DNA from: an uncultured delta proteobacterium
Lineage (GTDB): Bacteria > Desulfobacterota > Desulfobacteria > Desulfobacterales > QNYZ01
Direction of reading: 5' to 3'
Assembly: GCA_963845145.1 (NCBI GenBank)
Contig: CAWJQU010000004.1
Coordinates: 504,684-568,683 of the forward strand
DNA: 64,000 nucleotides
Shown here: positions 62,861 to 64,000 of the stretch, piece after piece
Numbering within the stretch: position 1 is the stretch's first letter
Layout: each line of letters starts with the position of its first letter
Notes under the pieces: generated by a model
The model's database searches: none
The model's input: the letters and a program-made list of their open reading frames with translations, nothing else
What the model was told of the DNA's origin: nothing
Position numbers and translations under genes: made by a program

Positions 62861-63376
62861 TTGCGAGAAGCAAAAAATATTCAGCAGAAAGAAACGGTGG
62901 ATCTTCTAAACAAATGTTGGATGACTCACGATGGAATGTGGTTTTTTCATTGCCTGCAGGAATTTGGAATTGAGGTGACAAACAAACTCAACAAGTCAGC
63001 GATAAAATCGCTTTCTTCAATTGAAATTGTCAAGAATAAAAAAAACGTTGGATTGCATTACGCCAATTGAGGATTTTGATGAATTTAAAGATTTTTTTGA
63101 AGAAGCAGCTAACTTAATGATTCCTGATTTTATGAATGTACAATTTACTTATCCGGAAAAAAACAAAATGGCATGGGAGTTTAATCAAAACAAATGCTTT
63201 GCATACTCTGGTATTAAAAGGTTAGGTGTTATTGAGCAGTATGAATGTGGTGTTCTTTACAGAATTAAATGCTGGCTGGATGAACTCGGAATAACGCATA
63301 GGTTTATTCCCGAAATTGGCAAATGCCATATGCATTTTAATGGGATTGTTCGGGAGAAATACAGTTATTTCTTTAA
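62861..63376 (+). pseudogene. Cassette 6: DUF6125-like protein, frameshifted
   Basis: AGGAGG plus TTG; LLNKCWMTHDGMWF...; continues in another frame (CFAYSGIKRLG..YECGV..RIKCWLD); frameshifts near 63025 and 63343. Confidence 0.6.
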
Positions 63377-63646
63377 TAATCATTACCAGTGCAGAACGAT
63401 GAAGATTTTGTCGGACTCGCTATCGTTTACCGTTAATTTATGGCATTGGCCCCTGAAACAAACCGAAACCGAGACGCTCCGGGCTATATTGATAGATTCT
63501 ATTTTGCACCCGGTCTTTATCCATTTCCAACGGTTAATATCAAATGGGTTAACTTGAAAAATTACCTGCTGCGCGCTCCATTTGCAACTCACCCAAATCG
63601 TTAGCATGACAAGTAGAAGAATGGTACACAAGATCGGATGAGCGGT

Positions 63647-64000
63647 ATGAAGATCACGATTCACGTTGTGGGGTCGAGGGGCGATGTACAACCATTGGTG
63701 GCATTGGGAAAAGGCTTGAAAGCAACGGGACATACCATCACCATCGCCACCCATCAAGAATTTGAACCTCTCGTTGAGCAGGCTGGGCTTCGATTTTATC
63801 AACTCAGAGGGTTAGATCCGAAACAGTCGATGAAAAAAATCACTGGAGAGGCGCCTCAACATCCCTTTCAACAAAACCAGATTGTGCAAAGTATTCGAAT
63901 GACGCAGCTTCTCCTGAAAGCCATCCCGGACATAGGCCAATCCTGCTGGGAAGCGCGCAGGGAGCGATTTTGTCTCGCGAATCTAATCCCTCCTGGTGTG
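63647..64000 (+). CDS. Glycosyltransferase (GT1/GT28 N-terminal domain), partial
   Basis: MKITIHVVGSRGDVQPLVALGKGLKATGHTITIATHQEFEPLVEQAGLRF; runs off the window. Confidence 0.85.
   Translation, partial: MKITIHVVGSRGDVQPLVALGKGLKATGHTITIATHQEFEPLVEQAGLRFYQLRGLDPKQSMKKITGEAPQHPFQQNQIVQSIRMTQLLLKAIPDIGQSCWEARRERFCLANLIPPGV

Noticed and set aside
63380..63400. Seventh attC after cassette 6 (TCATTACCAGT)
   Set aside because: Only weak similarity to the expected GCATAAC, with no paired arms or downstream GTT core; at most a relic

Overview
Chromosomal segment from a bacterium of moderate GC. Gene content and protein style suggest a deltaproteobacterium (Desulfobacterota/Desulfobacterales-like); this is inference. 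Left to right: a partial flavodoxin, a stand-alone recC, a thioesterase, an acyl-CoA dehydrogenase and a UbiB/ABC1 kinase. Then a minus-strand signalling cluster (hemerythrin, REC, degenerate HD-GYP, HDOD and LuxR regulators, and two hybrid PAS histidine kinases, one broken by two frameshifts). Next is a GAF-AAA+ sigma54 activator followed by a sigma54 promoter and a DUF4388/roadblock-like operon, an MFS transporter, and a complete complex I operon (nuoA, fused nuoBCD, nuoE-N). After that come CBS, homocysteine methyltransferase and ABC-2 genes, a trx/ACR3-like/IscU-like/OsmC/MetE-like cluster, gatB, an FG-GAP protein, a PemK/MazF TA module with a nonsense-broken toxin, a PpiC foldase, a feruloyl-CoA-synthetase-like ligase and small secreted proteins. 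The most notable feature is at about 58.3-63.4 kb: an AT-rich array of six co-oriented single-gene units separated by attC-type hairpins whose outer boxes pair in a chain, i.e. an integron cassette array with no integrase in the window (CALIN-like). It lies next to an IS5 relic and carries TPR, DUF5677-like, DUF4365-like and PD-(D/E)xK nuclease-like cargo that are candidate defence genes. Many cassettes are frameshifted, which may be decay or sequencing error near the window end. Two MITE-like palindromes and many short tandem micro-duplications are also present. No rRNA, tRNA or CRISPR array was recognised.
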